Positions 41,951-52,216 of a stretch of DNA of 64,000 bases are shown piece after piece (the first letter of the stretch is position 1; each line of letters opens with the position of its first letter). Made by a program: the position numbers and the translations under genes. The stretch lies in assembly GCA_963747575.1 (NCBI GenBank), contig CAVVFU010000003.1, positions 269,557 to 333,556 on the forward strand. Reading direction: 5' to 3'. Source of the stretch: an uncultured Gemmataceae bacterium (GTDB lineage: Bacteria; Planctomycetota; Planctomycetia; Gemmatales; Gemmataceae). The notes beneath the pieces are model-generated. The model searched no databases. It saw only the letters and a list, made by a program, of their open reading frames with translations, and was not told where the DNA came from.

Positions 41951-42842
41951 GGTGATTTTTCCTTATGCAGTGTCAAACCGAGCACGAGACCAGCGTAACT
42001 GATTTGGCCTGTATCGACGTCTAGCTTCATCAGATCCTCGCCCAGCACAATGGGACCGGCGAAGTCGCGGCGGATTTCCGACAGCAGCGCGGATTTGTCG
42101 AAGCACACGGGAACAAAATGGTTGAGGAGCAGGCAGTGCACGCCGGCTGCCGTGGCGATTTTGCCGACTTCGCTCGACAGATGTGTGATAGCTGGCGACA
42201 TTGCGCAATCCCGCGGCGGTGCGGTTGCCCGTGACCACCGTCATGCCATCGTGGATGAAGCACTCGTGAACCAGGACGTCAGCGCCCTGCGCCGCTTCGA
42301 TCAACGCCGGGCAATATGCAGTATCGCCGCTGAAAACCAGCTTGCGCCCGCCGGCCTCAAAGACGAAACCGTAAGCGAATTGCACCGGCCGGTGATCGAC
42401 CTCGACCGCTGTGATTTGCACGCACTGTTTGGCCAGCACGACACCAGCCTGGAATTCGACGACCTCTAGCTCCAGGGCTCGCGTCGAACTTCGCTGCTCG
42501 TGGGTAATGCGTTGGTCGAGTTCCGCGCGCCACAGGGCCATCAGACCGTCACAATAATGGCGAGTGCCGGGCGGCCCAAAGATGCATTGAGGGCGGTCTC
42601 GTCCCTGGTGCCAGGCTGGAGATGATCAACTGGAACAGATCGACGATGTGATCAGAGTGCAAATGCGTCAAGAACACGGCATCGAGCTCCCGGCCGCTGC
42701 AGCCGGCAGCAAGCAGCCGCTGCGTCACACCTGAGCCGCAGTCCACCAGGAAAGCGAGGTCATTGTGGCACACGAGACTGGCTGGGCCGTGGCGCTCCGT
42801 GTCGGCTTGCGGGCAGCCTGTGCCAAGCAGAGTCAAATCCAT
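41947..42842 (-). CDS. MBL-fold metallo-hydrolase, split over three frames
   Basis: HLHSDH metal-binding motif in ORF 42549..42893; later motifs in 41963..42541 and 41947..42201. Confidence 0.65.
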
Positions 42843-42941
42843 GCGGCGGTCTCCATCGTGCCTGCGAATTCGCCATCGCCTGACATGTTCCATTGAGTAT
42901 CATATGGCCTGAAAGGGCCACTATCTTCAATCGAGGATGTC

Positions 42942-44148
42942 ATGCGCAAACTCATTCCACTTCTGTTCCTTGCCATTTTTGGGACTCTGTGTGGTCGCCT
43001 TCGACCGGATGAGGTTTCGCCTCAGCAGAAAGACCCGCCGCCAGCCGTCTCGGCAATCAGCGACCGGCTGCGCAAATATATCGCCGCCAATGAGATCGCC
43101 GGCGCGGTGACCCTGGTCGCGACGCCTGACCGAGTCGTTGACCTTGACGCGACGGGCAACGCGGGGCTCAATCCCGCCGAGGCGATGCGGACCGACGCCA
43201 TTTTCTGGATCGCGTCCATGAGCAAGCCGATTCTCGCGACGCTGCTGCTCATGCTCCAGGATGAAGGACTCCTTTCCGTCGACGATCCAGTCGAGAAATA
43301 CCTGCCGGAATTCAAGGCGCTCAAGACCGCTGACGGCAAACCGGCCCAGGTTACAATCCGTCACTTGCTTACGCATACGTCGGGCATGGGCGAAATCACG
43401 GGTGCCCAGGCACGCGAATGCAAAACCCTGGCCTCCGTCATCCCTCTGTATGTCGCCAAGCCGGTCGCGTTCACGCCGGGCTCGAAATGGGTTTACTGCC
43501 AATCGGGCATCAACACCGGCGGCCGGATCGCCGAGGTGGTCACGGGCGAACCGCTCGAAAAGTTGCTCGAGCGCCGGCTTTTCGGTCCGCTGGGGATGAA
43601 AGACACCACCTTTTATCTGACCGAGAAACAACTGCCGCGCCTGGCCAAGTCGTATCAAGCGCACGGCCAAGGGGGATCTCGAACCGACCGAAATCGGTTT
43701 CCTCAACGGCAAATCGCCCACGAGCGTGGATCGTTTCCCCGCGCCGAACGGCGGGCTCTTTTCCACCGCCTCCGATTACGCGCGCTTTTGCCAGATGGTC
43801 CTGCGCGGCGGCGAGCTTGACGGCAAGCGCTATCTCAAGCCGGAGACCGTCAAGCTCATGACGACGATCCAGACCGCTGGCCTTAAAACCGGCTTCACCG
43901 ACGGCAACGGCTGGGGCCTCGGCTGGTGCGTCGTCCGCGAGCCTCAGGGCGTTACCGGCATGCTTTCGCCGGGGACATTCGGCCACGGGGGAGCTTACGG
44001 CACGCAGGCGTGGATCGATCCGGTCGCGAAGCGAGCCTACATCCTCATGGTGCAGAGGGCGAATTTCCCGAATTCGGATGCGTCGGAGGTGAGGAAAGGA
44101 TTTCAGGAGGCGGCGAGCAGGGCGTTTGCTAACGAGAAAAGCAAGTAA
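42942..44148 (+). CDS. serine hydrolase / class C beta-lactamase-family protein, one frameshift near 43670
   Basis: Signal peptide; SMSK (SxxK) active-site motif; C-terminal part in ORF 43726..44148. Confidence 0.8.
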
Positions 44149-44149
44149 C

Positions 44150-44641
44150 ATGGCAACTGCAGAGTTCCAGTTTAAGGAACGAACCATGGATCACCTGCCG
44201 CAAATCGTCGGATTGAAGTGTTCAGCCTGTAATCGGCTCATCAATTCGATCACCGAGGGTGACTTTTGCGATCTTTGCTACAACCCCGTCCACAACGCAT
44301 GCAGGCCGGCGGACGGTTCGGTCGTGGCCGAGGATCGATGTCCCACTTGCGGAGCGGACCCGAAAATGCATTCGGCCCTTGCGGTCAAGGCGGAAGTCGA
44401 CAAGGAGATGGCCAGTGGCAAAAGCAGCCTTCTGTGTCCTAACTGCGGCAGCACCCGCGGATTCAAGCCTTACGGCCATCACGACGATTCCAAGCCGGCA
44501 GGCGGTCTGATGATTTTTTCTCTGTTTTGGTTCATGTTTTTCGCTTTTTTCCAGATTATTACGGGGTTGAGTCGGGTGTTGGACAAAGGGGAATATGAGT
44601 GCTTGAAGTGCGGGCACGTGTTCCGAGCTGGTAGCGGGTAG
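44150..44641 (+). CDS. cysteine-rich zinc-ribbon protein with C-terminal TM helix
   Basis: Three to four CxxC pairs (CSACN, CDLCYNPVHNAC, CPTCG, CPNCG, CLKCG) and hydrophobic LMIFSLFWFMFFAFFQII. Confidence 0.45.
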   Translation: MATAEFQFKERTMDHLPQIVGLKCSACNRLINSITEGDFCDLCYNPVHNACRPADGSVVAEDRCPTCGADPKMHSALAVKAEVDKEMASGKSSLLCPNCGSTRGFKPYGHHDDSKPAGGLMIFSLFWFMFFAFFQIITGLSRVLDKGEYECLKCGHVFRAGSG

Positions 44642-44743
44642 GACCAAGGCGGACCCGAACAGCCGGAGGTCCGAGCTGACAAATGGTTCCTGCCACTTTT
44701 TTTCCCGAGAATACGGCTCACGTTTGAATGACCGGCAACTGAG

Positions 44744-45316
44744 TCAAGCACTTTGCTTACCGCTTTCCGCGCTGAGCGGAGAAAGTCGAAAGCGGGACAG
44801 TAACACGCTACGAAACGGTATGGTCATCACGACTCCGGTGCTTAGCAGAATTAGATGAGTAAACCTGCCGCGGTCGCCCTGTTGCCAATGGACTTCATCG
44901 TAGAGCCAGTGCTCATGCTTCTTGGAAAATGGCCAATCCTTAGCGGCCGGTTGCTCAGTCATGTGATCGCATAAAAAGTAGAATATCGTCACCAACTCAT
45001 CATCAACGCGGACAGCAAGCGTCGCCACCCCGAAAGGCCGGATCGGCCGAGCACCTGCCCTATCCTCAAAACACCAGTTGTTCAACGGATCTTGCTGCTC
45101 TTGGCGACACAGGATTTCGCCATCGTGAAGGCAAAGCTTTGACAGCTCGGCCACCGGTGACGGCATCTCCACTGGCAGCGTAGCCAAGTATTGATGATAC
45201 CTGACTATGGCGGCTTCCCATTCCGCATCCGCCGCTAGCGCTAAATTCTCGTCCTGCGAGTTGTAACGCCGGTATAGTTCTGGTGTAAAAAACAGCATTT
45301 TGTTCTTAACGGGCAT
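44744..45316 (-). CDS. hypothetical protein (lower-GC)
   Basis: ORF from MPVKNKMLFFTPELYRRY; no family recognised. Confidence 0.4.
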   Translation of the reverse strand: MPVKNKMLFFTPELYRRYNSQDENLALAADAEWEAAIVRYHQYLATLPVEMPSPVAELSKLCLHDGEILCRQEQQDPLNNWCFEDRAGARPIRPFGVATLAVRVDDELVTIFYFLCDHMTEQPAAKDWPFSKKHEHWLYDEVHWQQGDRGRFTHLILLSTGVVMTIPFRSVLLSRFRLSPLSAESGKQSA

Positions 45317-45680
45317 TTCTGTTCGCCGTTTCGTAAAAAGTATGCCCCGTCGGTGGTCTCGGGTCAGGCTGGTAGTGCGGCAATCCATTTGGTCCGGCCC
45401 ACGGGTGCGGACCACAACGCTTGTAAGGTCCATTTGCGTTGCGTTCAATGTCGTGCGCAAGATTCATATTTGCACCGTGTTGCGGCCCGCACACTACCAC
45501 ATCTTGACCATTTCGACGCAAGGCTTCTGCCTGCGCTTGGGTGATGGCTTTTCCTCTCCTTACGGCACCGCCTGGAAGCAGCGTTGCTTCATGAATTACC
45601 GGCGGACTCGGTGGGGCTGCCGGCGTTTCTGCTGGCTGAGCAGGCAGTTGGACCGACTTTTTTTGTCCTTTGCCCCCCAT
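45306..45680 (-). CDS. hypothetical protein whose start codon abuts the ISNCY terminal repeat
   Basis: 124-aa ORF; ATG at 45678..45680 immediately flanks IS end at 45680; may be the 3' remnant of a disrupted gene. Confidence 0.35.
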   Translation of the reverse strand: MGGKGQKKSVQLPAQPAETPAAPPSPPVIHEATLLPGGAVRRGKAITQAQAEALRRNGQDVVVCGPQHGANMNLAHDIERNANGPYKRCGPHPWAGPNGLPHYQPDPRPPTGHTFYETANRNAR

Positions 45681-47516
45681 AATTAGTGTCCGTCCGGAAA
45701 CGGCACTTTTTCAGTTTTGTGGCCGGCCTGATAGCAGTGGCGTCTCGTTGACAATTCATTATTTTATCTTTTTCGATTGGTTTGGCGGCGAATGCGCCGC
45801 GAGGGTGCCTTTGGCGATGGATTTTCTCCCCTCCGCTTCCCTCGGCTCGTGGATTCCCGCAATTTCCGCGACCGAAAGGCCCTGCTAACCGGTTTTCTTC
45901 TTGCGTTTGGACTTGGCCGCCTCGCACTTCGCGTTGTCTTGGGCTAAAAGGAGCTTGCCCAATGCTTGCAGGTTGCGGCCTAGGATGCCCAAGCCCACGT
46001 AGCGCTCGTAGCCCAGCTCGCTCTTGTCACGAGAACGCTCCAAGCCGTTGCCTGCTTGCAGGGCACCAATCGCTGACTCTATGCCCGGATGGCTCTGTCG
46101 TGCTTCACGGAATTCCACGGTTGCTTCCTTCTGTTGTTGGCGGCCAAGGTTTTGGCCTTTTTTGGGAATACATGGATGCGCCACGATCTGGGCCAGCTCT
46201 TCCTGGTTTTCTGGCGTGTGAAAGGCCCGGTCAAATGACGCCCGCTCGATCTTGCCTCCTAAACGTTTTTGCAACTTTTTCATGGTCGGCACCACCAAGT
46301 CCTGATCCAATACTCCATTGGCCACCACCTCATAATGACAGATGAAACCGGCGGCATCCTCGATGACCAGCACCCTATGACCATATTGGATCGGGTTGGG
46401 CACCTTGCCCCGCATGATTAGTTCCGTGTGCGGCTCAAAGATGCTGAAAATCTTTTCTTCGTTGGGTACGGTTTCCCCCAGCAGCACACGCCGCTTGGCT
46501 GTCCCGCACACTTTCTCCGTCAACTCCAGGTAATGGCGCAATTTCAGTTCCGCTCCCGCCGCCAGCCGGTCCACCTCACGGGGTTCGACCTGGAAAATCA
46601 AGGTCGCGAGCAGTTGGCGGGCTCGGCCCATCAGGTCCTCCGCCAATCTCAATAACTTCTGATATCCGCGCTTGACACGGTTGGCCCCTTGACGCTTGGA
46701 CCGCGACGCTTGACTAACCTCCCGCACGATATCCTTGATGTTTTTCAGCAAATGCTCATGCTGACGCCAGCCCGGCTGATCGTGGGCCACGGCCAGCTCC
46801 GCCGCCAACGTCACCACCTTGCGCAAGCCATCGCCAATCAGACTCGACTCCGTGGGATAATGAATGTTCGTCTCGACCACGAACGAATCACCACGCACCG
46901 CCTCGGCCGCCTGGGGTTTCAACTTATGCCCCGTGCCAACAATCAACTGGTTGAGCTTTACCAACGTCTTCGGCTGCAGCAGGCAAAGGTTGGCGCGAAT
47001 TCGCCGCCAATCAAAATCCTCGACCTTGTCCCAATCCCCAATCCCCATGAGCAACCGCAGATTCCGATGTTGTTCGGCCAAATCTTGCAGCTTGTCATAA
47101 TCCAAATTGCAACCCAGACGTACACCCGCCAGCACAATAATCGGCCAATAGTCGAGCCCGGGCCGACCCAGATCGTCACTGGTCGTTGCGTTCACATCTT
47201 CTGCCACCAAGGCCACAATCTCCCGGCGCAGCTTCGCGTCTTTGTAGACATGCTGCAACGCTCGCAGAATGGGGATGATTTCATCCCGGCAATTCACGTT
47301 CAGTTCCACTTCATCGATCGGGAAGTAACCCAACCGCAATTCCGAATTGAAAGCCTGACGCATAACGATTCTTCCGTGAAGATCGGAGGCCGGTTTCTTG
47401 TAAATCCCGGATTTCTACTCCTATTGTAGGATTCCCAACTACAATCTTCGAGGGAGGATTCGGTCGAAAACCCAAGAAAACACCAGGTTTTCACATTCCA
47501 GGACGGACACTAATTA
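45680..47516. mobile_element. ISNCY-family insertion sequence (~1.84 kb) with 16-bp terminal inverted repeats TAATTAGTGTCCGTCC
   Basis: taattagtgtccgtcc at 45680..45695 and its reverse complement ggacggacactaatta at 47501..47516 bracket the transposase gene. Confidence 0.7.
45885..47363 (-). CDS. ISNCY-family transposase
   Basis: 492-aa intact ORF with FVVETNIHYPTESSLIGDG and DDE-type catalytic region typical of ISNCY transposases. Confidence 0.8.
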   Translation of the reverse strand: MRQAFNSELRLGYFPIDEVELNVNCRDEIIPILRALQHVYKDAKLRREIVALVAEDVNATTSDDLGRPGLDYWPIIVLAGVRLGCNLDYDKLQDLAEQHRNLRLLMGIGDWDKVEDFDWRRIRANLCLLQPKTLVKLNQLIVGTGHKLKPQAAEAVRGDSFVVETNIHYPTESSLIGDGLRKVVTLAAELAVAHDQPGWRQHEHLLKNIKDIVREVSQASRSKRQGANRVKRGYQKLLRLAEDLMGRARQLLATLIFQVEPREVDRLAAGAELKLRHYLELTEKVCGTAKRRVLLGETVPNEEKIFSIFEPHTELIMRGKVPNPIQYGHRVLVIEDAAGFICHYEVVANGVLDQDLVVPTMKKLQKRLGGKIERASFDRAFHTPENQEELAQIVAHPCIPKKGQNLGRQQQKEATVEFREARQSHPGIESAIGALQAGNGLERSRDKSELGYERYVGLGILGRNLQALGKLLLAQDNAKCEAAKSKRKKKTG

Positions 47517-47679
47517 GCCTTTCCAACACCGACCAGCCCGATCCCCTCACGACAACCAGTGTGCCGTATTGTATCGCGTCTTTGCATCGTTCGCAGCTGG
47601 AAATCCAAAACGAGCGGCGTACACTGTGCCATGGCGACACTGCCTGGCAAGGTTCGAAAATACCCAAGAGAAAGAAACG

Positions 47680-49338
47680 ATGCCTGTGAACACTCGCGAT
47701 TGCTCGCGGCCATTCCGCACCTGGCCCACCATCACGCTGTCGCTCATTGTCCTGATCGGCCTGGGCGCGTTTCTCCAACCGAAATCCGCAACCGCTCAGT
47801 CGAAAGCCGACCTCCTGCGCGGCGAATACGGCCGCTATCGCGCCAACAGCCATCTGCTTTACTACCATCTCGACGTGCGTGTCGATCCCGAAAAGAAAAG
47901 GATCAGCGGCAAGAACACCATCCGCTTCAAGATGCTCAAGGACGATAACCGCATCCAGCTCGACCTGCATGCCGCGCTCGCCATCGACAAAATCCTCCTC
48001 GGCGAAACCGAGCTCATGTACCAGCGCGACAGCGGCGCGGTCTTCGTTGACTTTCCGGAAACGCTGAAGGCGGGCCGCGACGTTTCCATTGATTTTTACT
48101 ACTCCGGCACGCCCACCCAGGGGGGCCGATTCGGCGGCTTCACATTCGGCAAGGATCCGAAGGGCCGGCACTGGATTTTTACCTCCTGCGAGGGTCAAGG
48201 CGCCAGTGTCTGGTGGCCGAACAAGGACCAGTGGCGCGACAAGGTCGAGTCGATGGACATCAGCGTGGCGATCCCCAACGGCTTGGTGGATGTTTCCAAC
48301 GGAAAATTCGTCGGCAAAAAAGACCTCGGCGACGGCTTTACCCGCTGGGATTGGCACGTGCACTATCCCATCAACAATTACTGTGTTTCGTTGAATATCG
48401 GCGCCTATGAGCATTTCTCCGAAAAGCTGGGTGATCTGGACATGGACTTCTACGCCCTCCCCGAAGACCTGGACCGTGCCAGGATACAATTCGCCCAGGC
48501 CAGGGGAATGCTCGAGGCGTTTCAGCACTACTTCGGCGAGTATCCATTCAAGAAAGACGGTTACAAGCTCATTCAGGTGCCCTATTCCGGCATGGAGCAT
48601 CAGAGTGCCGTGACCTATGGCAACGGCTTCAAGAACGGCTACCTGGGTCGCGATTGGACGGGCGTCGGCATCAGCCCGCGTTTCGATTTCATCATCATTC
48701 ACGAAAGTGGCCACGAGTGGTTCGGCAACAGCGTCAGCGCCGCCGACCGCTCCGATATGTGGATTCACGAAGGCTGGACGACCTATCTCGAAAGCCTGTA
48801 CGTCGAGCACCGCTGGGGCAAGGCCGACGCCCTCAAGTACCTGAGCGGTTACAAGTCGAAAGTGAAGAATACCCAACCGATTGTGCCCCGCCGCGGCATC
48901 AATGCCAACCCGCCTGCGGACCAATATTTCAAAGGCGCCCTCTTCATCAACACGCTGCGCAGCATCGTGGACGACGACAAACGCTGGTGGACGCTGCTGC
49001 GTGACTTCTACCAGCACTTCAAGTACAAGGCGATCATGACCGAGGACGTCGTCGAGTATTTCAACAAGCAAACCGGCAAGAACCTGACGCCGATTTTCGA
49101 CCAGTATCTGCGTCACGCCGCGTTGCCGGTCCTGGAGCTGAAATTCGGCGAGGGCGAGCTTAGCTATCGCTGGAAGGCCGATGAGAAGGGGTTTGCCATG
49201 CCGATCCGCGTCGGCACGCAAGGATAGCTGGCAGACCATTACACCCACGGCCGATTGGCAGTCGCTGAAATCGCCGCTTCCGAAGGACCAATTTCAGGTC
49301 GCTACCGACTTGTATTACGTGGTGGTGAACAAGTCGTA
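47680..49338 (+). CDS. secreted M1-family zinc metallopeptidase, frameshift ~49220 before the last ~35 codons
   Basis: Signal peptide; HEXXH-E18-E (IIHESGHEWFGN ... WIHEGWTTY); C-terminus continues SWQTITPTADWQSLKSPLPKDQFQVATDLYYVVVNKS* in another frame. Confidence 0.85.
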
Positions 49339-49426
49339 GGGCGACGTCACGGATGAAACGATAGCCGATTTTGGCGAGTGCTCACTCGACACAGTGGGTG
49401 CTCGTTTACCGGTGAGAACTTTAAGC

Positions 49427-50203
49427 ATGAACGACGACACCGACCTCGGCGGCCACGCCATTGCTTTCCCGGCAACACAAGGTTACCTTGTCCGGGCGGC
49501 CGCCGACCCGGATCCGGCCGTCCGCAGGCAAGCATATGAGACGCTGCTCTCAGCATACTGGAAACCCGTTTACAAGTATCTCCGGGCCCACTGGGGCCGA
49601 GGCAACGAAGACGCCAAGGATCTCACTCAGGCATTTTTCGTGGAAGTGCTGGAAAAGGGCTTCTTCACGCACTTCGACGCCTCCCGGGCGCGTTTTCGCA
49701 CTTTTGTCCGACTCTGTGTTGACGGATTCGTCGCCAAGGATCTTCGGGCGGCCAATCGTCAGAAGCGAGGAGGCCTTGTCCGGTTGCTACCGCTTGTTGA
49801 TAGCAGTAACGAACTGGAATTGGTGCGCCACGAACAGCTCGCCGGCACGGATCCTGACGAATTCTTTCGAAGCGAATGGCTCCGCGAGTTATTCGCGTCG
49901 GCCGTCGAGGATCTGCGGCAGTGGTGTGAAGAGGCCGGGAAACAGATTCATTTCACAATGTTCCAGCGCTATGATTTGCTTGAACCCTCCACCGGGGCCG
50001 AAGGCGCGGGCGAGACCGCCGCACCGAGCTATGCGGAAATGGCCGAGGAGTTCGGCTTGCCGACGACTCAGGTGACGAATTACCTTGCTCTGGCTCGCCG
50101 GCAATTCCGGCGCCTGGTGCTTGAGCGGCTTCGTGCCGCCACCGGCACCGCGGAGGAGTATCAGCAAGAGGTAGACCGGTTGTTCGGAGAACGCGGCCCA
50201 TGA
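49427..50203 (+). CDS. ECF-type RNA polymerase sigma factor
   Basis: Region 2 (YETLLSAYWKPVYKYL..DAKDLTQAFF) and region 4 (APSYAEMAEEFGLPTTQVTNYL); stop overlaps kinase start (ATGA at 50200..50206). Confidence 0.75.
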   Translation: MNDDTDLGGHAIAFPATQGYLVRAAADPDPAVRRQAYETLLSAYWKPVYKYLRAHWGRGNEDAKDLTQAFFVEVLEKGFFTHFDASRARFRTFVRLCVDGFVAKDLRAANRQKRGGLVRLLPLVDSSNELELVRHEQLAGTDPDEFFRSEWLRELFASAVEDLRQWCEEAGKQIHFTMFQRYDLLEPSTGAEGAGETAAPSYAEMAEEFGLPTTQVTNYLALARRQFRRLVLERLRAATGTAEEYQQEVDRLFGERGP

Positions 50204-51154
50204 GTGAGCTTTCCGACGCGGCCCTGGCTCGCCTGTGCAAGATCGCGGCCGCGCCGGATCCGGAGGAACCTCGCTACGAGTTGGCCGAGCCGATTGGCCG
50301 CGGCGGCATGGGTACCGTCTTCCGCGCCCACGACCGCGTGCTCGACCGCACTGTGGCCCTCAAGGTTCTGCATACAGCGCCCGCCGACGCCGGCGCGGAT
50401 GCTGCGGGAGGCTCGCGTCCTTGCCCGAGTCGAACACCCCGGCATTGTCCCCGTCCACGATGCCGGCGAGTTGCCCGATGGCCGTTATTACTGCGCCATG
50501 AAACTGGTGCACGGCCGCAGGCTCGACGAGGAGGCAGTGCTGCAGACCGGTCTGGAAGAACGGCTTCGACTATTTCAAAAAATCTGCGAGGCCGTGGCAT
50601 TTGCCCATGCTCGGGGTGTGCTGCACCGCGACCTGAAGCCGCAGAACGTCATGGTCGGCGAATTTGGCGAAGTCCTGGTCATGGACTGGGGGGTTGCCAA
50701 GGAAATCGGCAATCGCCCCGCCGATGCCTGTCCCGGGACCGTCGTCGGCACACCCGGCTACATGGCGCCAGAACAGGCGCGAGGCGAATTGGACCGGATC
50801 GACGAACGTGCCGACGTCTACGGTCTGGGCGGTATCCTTTATTTCCTCCTTGCGGGGCGCCCAGCCAATAGGGGGCCGGGGACCGTTTGGCATTGGCAGG
50901 GCGTGCCCACCCCGCGGCCATTGAAATCGGTGTGTCTCAAAGCGCTGGCGTCCGAACCGCACGACCGCCACGCCAGCGTCACGGAGCTGGCGGGGGAAAT
51001 CACGGATTTCCTGGCCCATCGGCCCATCCGGTCTCACCCGGAGGGAGTCGTGGGAGCGGCTTTGCGCCTGGCCGCGAAGTACCGCATGCCCGTGGTGCTG
51101 ATCCTTGCTTACGTCGTCATGCGTGTTTTGTTGCTGATTTTCGCCAACACCTAA
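50204..51154 (+). CDS. serine/threonine protein kinase with C-terminal TM anchor (frame break ~50400)
   Basis: GxGxxG (IGRGGMGTV), VALK, HRDLKPQNV, DWG, GTPGYMAPE; C-terminal helix PVVLILAYVVMRVLLLIF; N-lobe beta3 region in ORF 50200..50871. Confidence 0.75.
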   Translation: MSFPTRPWLACARSRPRRIRRNLATSWPSRLAAAAWVPSSAPTTACSTALWPSRFCIQRPPTPARMLREARVLARVEHPGIVPVHDAGELPDGRYYCAMKLVHGRRLDEEAVLQTGLEERLRLFQKICEAVAFAHARGVLHRDLKPQNVMVGEFGEVLVMDWGVAKEIGNRPADACPGTVVGTPGYMAPEQARGELDRIDERADVYGLGGILYFLLAGRPANRGPGTVWHWQGVPTPRPLKSVCLKALASEPHDRHASVTELAGEITDFLAHRPIRSHPEGVVGAALRLAAKYRMPVVLILAYVVMRVLLLIFANT

Positions 51155-51157
51155 GAG

Positions 51158-51245
51158 CCTATCCGAAAAAGGGGTCAGGCACCGTTGTGCGAAGCACCCT
51201 CCGGGCCGTTCCGGCAACGGTGCCTGACCCCTTTTTCGGATAGGT
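51158..51245. repeat. structured palindromic element: 30-bp perfect arms CCTATCCGAAAAAGGGGTCAGGCACCGTTG around core TGCGAAGCACCCTCCGGGCCGTTCCGG
   Basis: Core nearly identical to the 56434..56510 copy while arm bases differ with compensatory changes (GGTCAGGCACC/GGTGCCTGACC vs GGACAGGCCCC/GGGGCCTGTCC). Confidence 0.6.
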
Positions 51246-51311
51246 TCTAAAGGAATTTCGCCCTTGGGGTAATAGAACAAAAGACCGCGCTACCACCAAC
51301 TGGAGTTTTCC

Positions 51312-51686
51312 ATGAAAAAATGGCAACTTGGCATCATCCTGGGCGGAATACTGGGGATTTTTGACGGCTTGACGGCACCGCTATCGGCGCCGGAGACGGC
51401 GCCGGAACTTGGGGGCATTGTGGTCGGCTCGGTAATCAAGGGCATTATCGCGGGCGCGATCATCGGCTTCTTCGCCCACAAGGTTGTCTCGGTGAAACTC
51501 GGCATCATCTTCGGCCTTGTCGTCGGTGCTCTGTTGGCTTTTGGCGTGGCCTTGATGCAGTACATCGGATTGGGTCGAGTCTACTTCTGGCAAATCATGC
51601 TGCCGGGAGCCGTGGTCGGCTTGATCGTTGGCTATGTTACTCAAACTCACGGCCAAAGGGCGGCAACCAAGGGAGAGCAATTATGA
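51312..51686 (+). CDS. small integral membrane protein (4 predicted TM helices, Gly-rich)
   Basis: WQLGIILGGILGIF, IVVGSVIKGIIAGAIIGFF, LGIIFGLVVGALLAFGVAL, IMLPGAVVGLIVGYV. Confidence 0.5.
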   Translation: MKKWQLGIILGGILGIFDGLTAPLSAPETAPELGGIVVGSVIKGIIAGAIIGFFAHKVVSVKLGIIFGLVVGALLAFGVALMQYIGLGRVYFWQIMLPGAVVGLIVGYVTQTHGQRAATKGEQL

Positions 51687-52201
51687 GCTTGATAAAGCGG
51701 TCAATGGTGGCAATAGTATTACTGGCGGCGGTCGTCCCAATCCGTGCCGGCGGGCAGACGGCAGACGACAAACTGGCCGCGCTGGCCCGCTTTGCCGGCG
51801 AATGGGAAGTAGCAGGCAAATGGGCCGACGGCCAAACCTTGCAAGCCCGCGGCATCTACGCCTGGAGCCTGGGCAAAAAAATCATGACAACTAAAACCAT
51901 GGTGCGCGACGGCGACAAGGAGTACCAGCGCTACGAGGGCGTGATGGCCTGGCACCCAGAGAAGAAGAGTCTCTTCCAGATCAGCTTTGCCTTCGATGGC
52001 ACCATTACCGAGACGATCATGGAAAGCAAGGACGCCAACACCCTGCACATTGGTTGGGTGCCCTTTACTCCAGAAAAGCTGTCGTCAGTCCGTCAGGTGA
52101 TCCGCTTCCTCGACAACGATAGCTTTCAGTGGATCGTGTCGGTCAAGGATGGGGAAGCGTGGAAGCAATTGATCGACGCCACCTGGAAGCGGAAAAGGTG
52201 A
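51683..52201 (+). CDS. secreted hypothetical protein
   Basis: Signal peptide MSLIKRSMVAIVLLAAVVPIRAGG; start overlaps previous stop (ATGA). Confidence 0.5.
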   Translation: MSLIKRSMVAIVLLAAVVPIRAGGQTADDKLAALARFAGEWEVAGKWADGQTLQARGIYAWSLGKKIMTTKTMVRDGDKEYQRYEGVMAWHPEKKSLFQISFAFDGTITETIMESKDANTLHIGWVPFTPEKLSSVRQVIRFLDNDSFQWIVSVKDGEAWKQLIDATWKRKR

Positions 52202-52216
52202 GCGGCGAAGCCGCTT

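Noticed and set aside
47491-49248. 585-aa minus-strand ORF
   Set aside because: Antisense to the M1 metallopeptidase gene, which has unambiguous HEXXH...E motifs.
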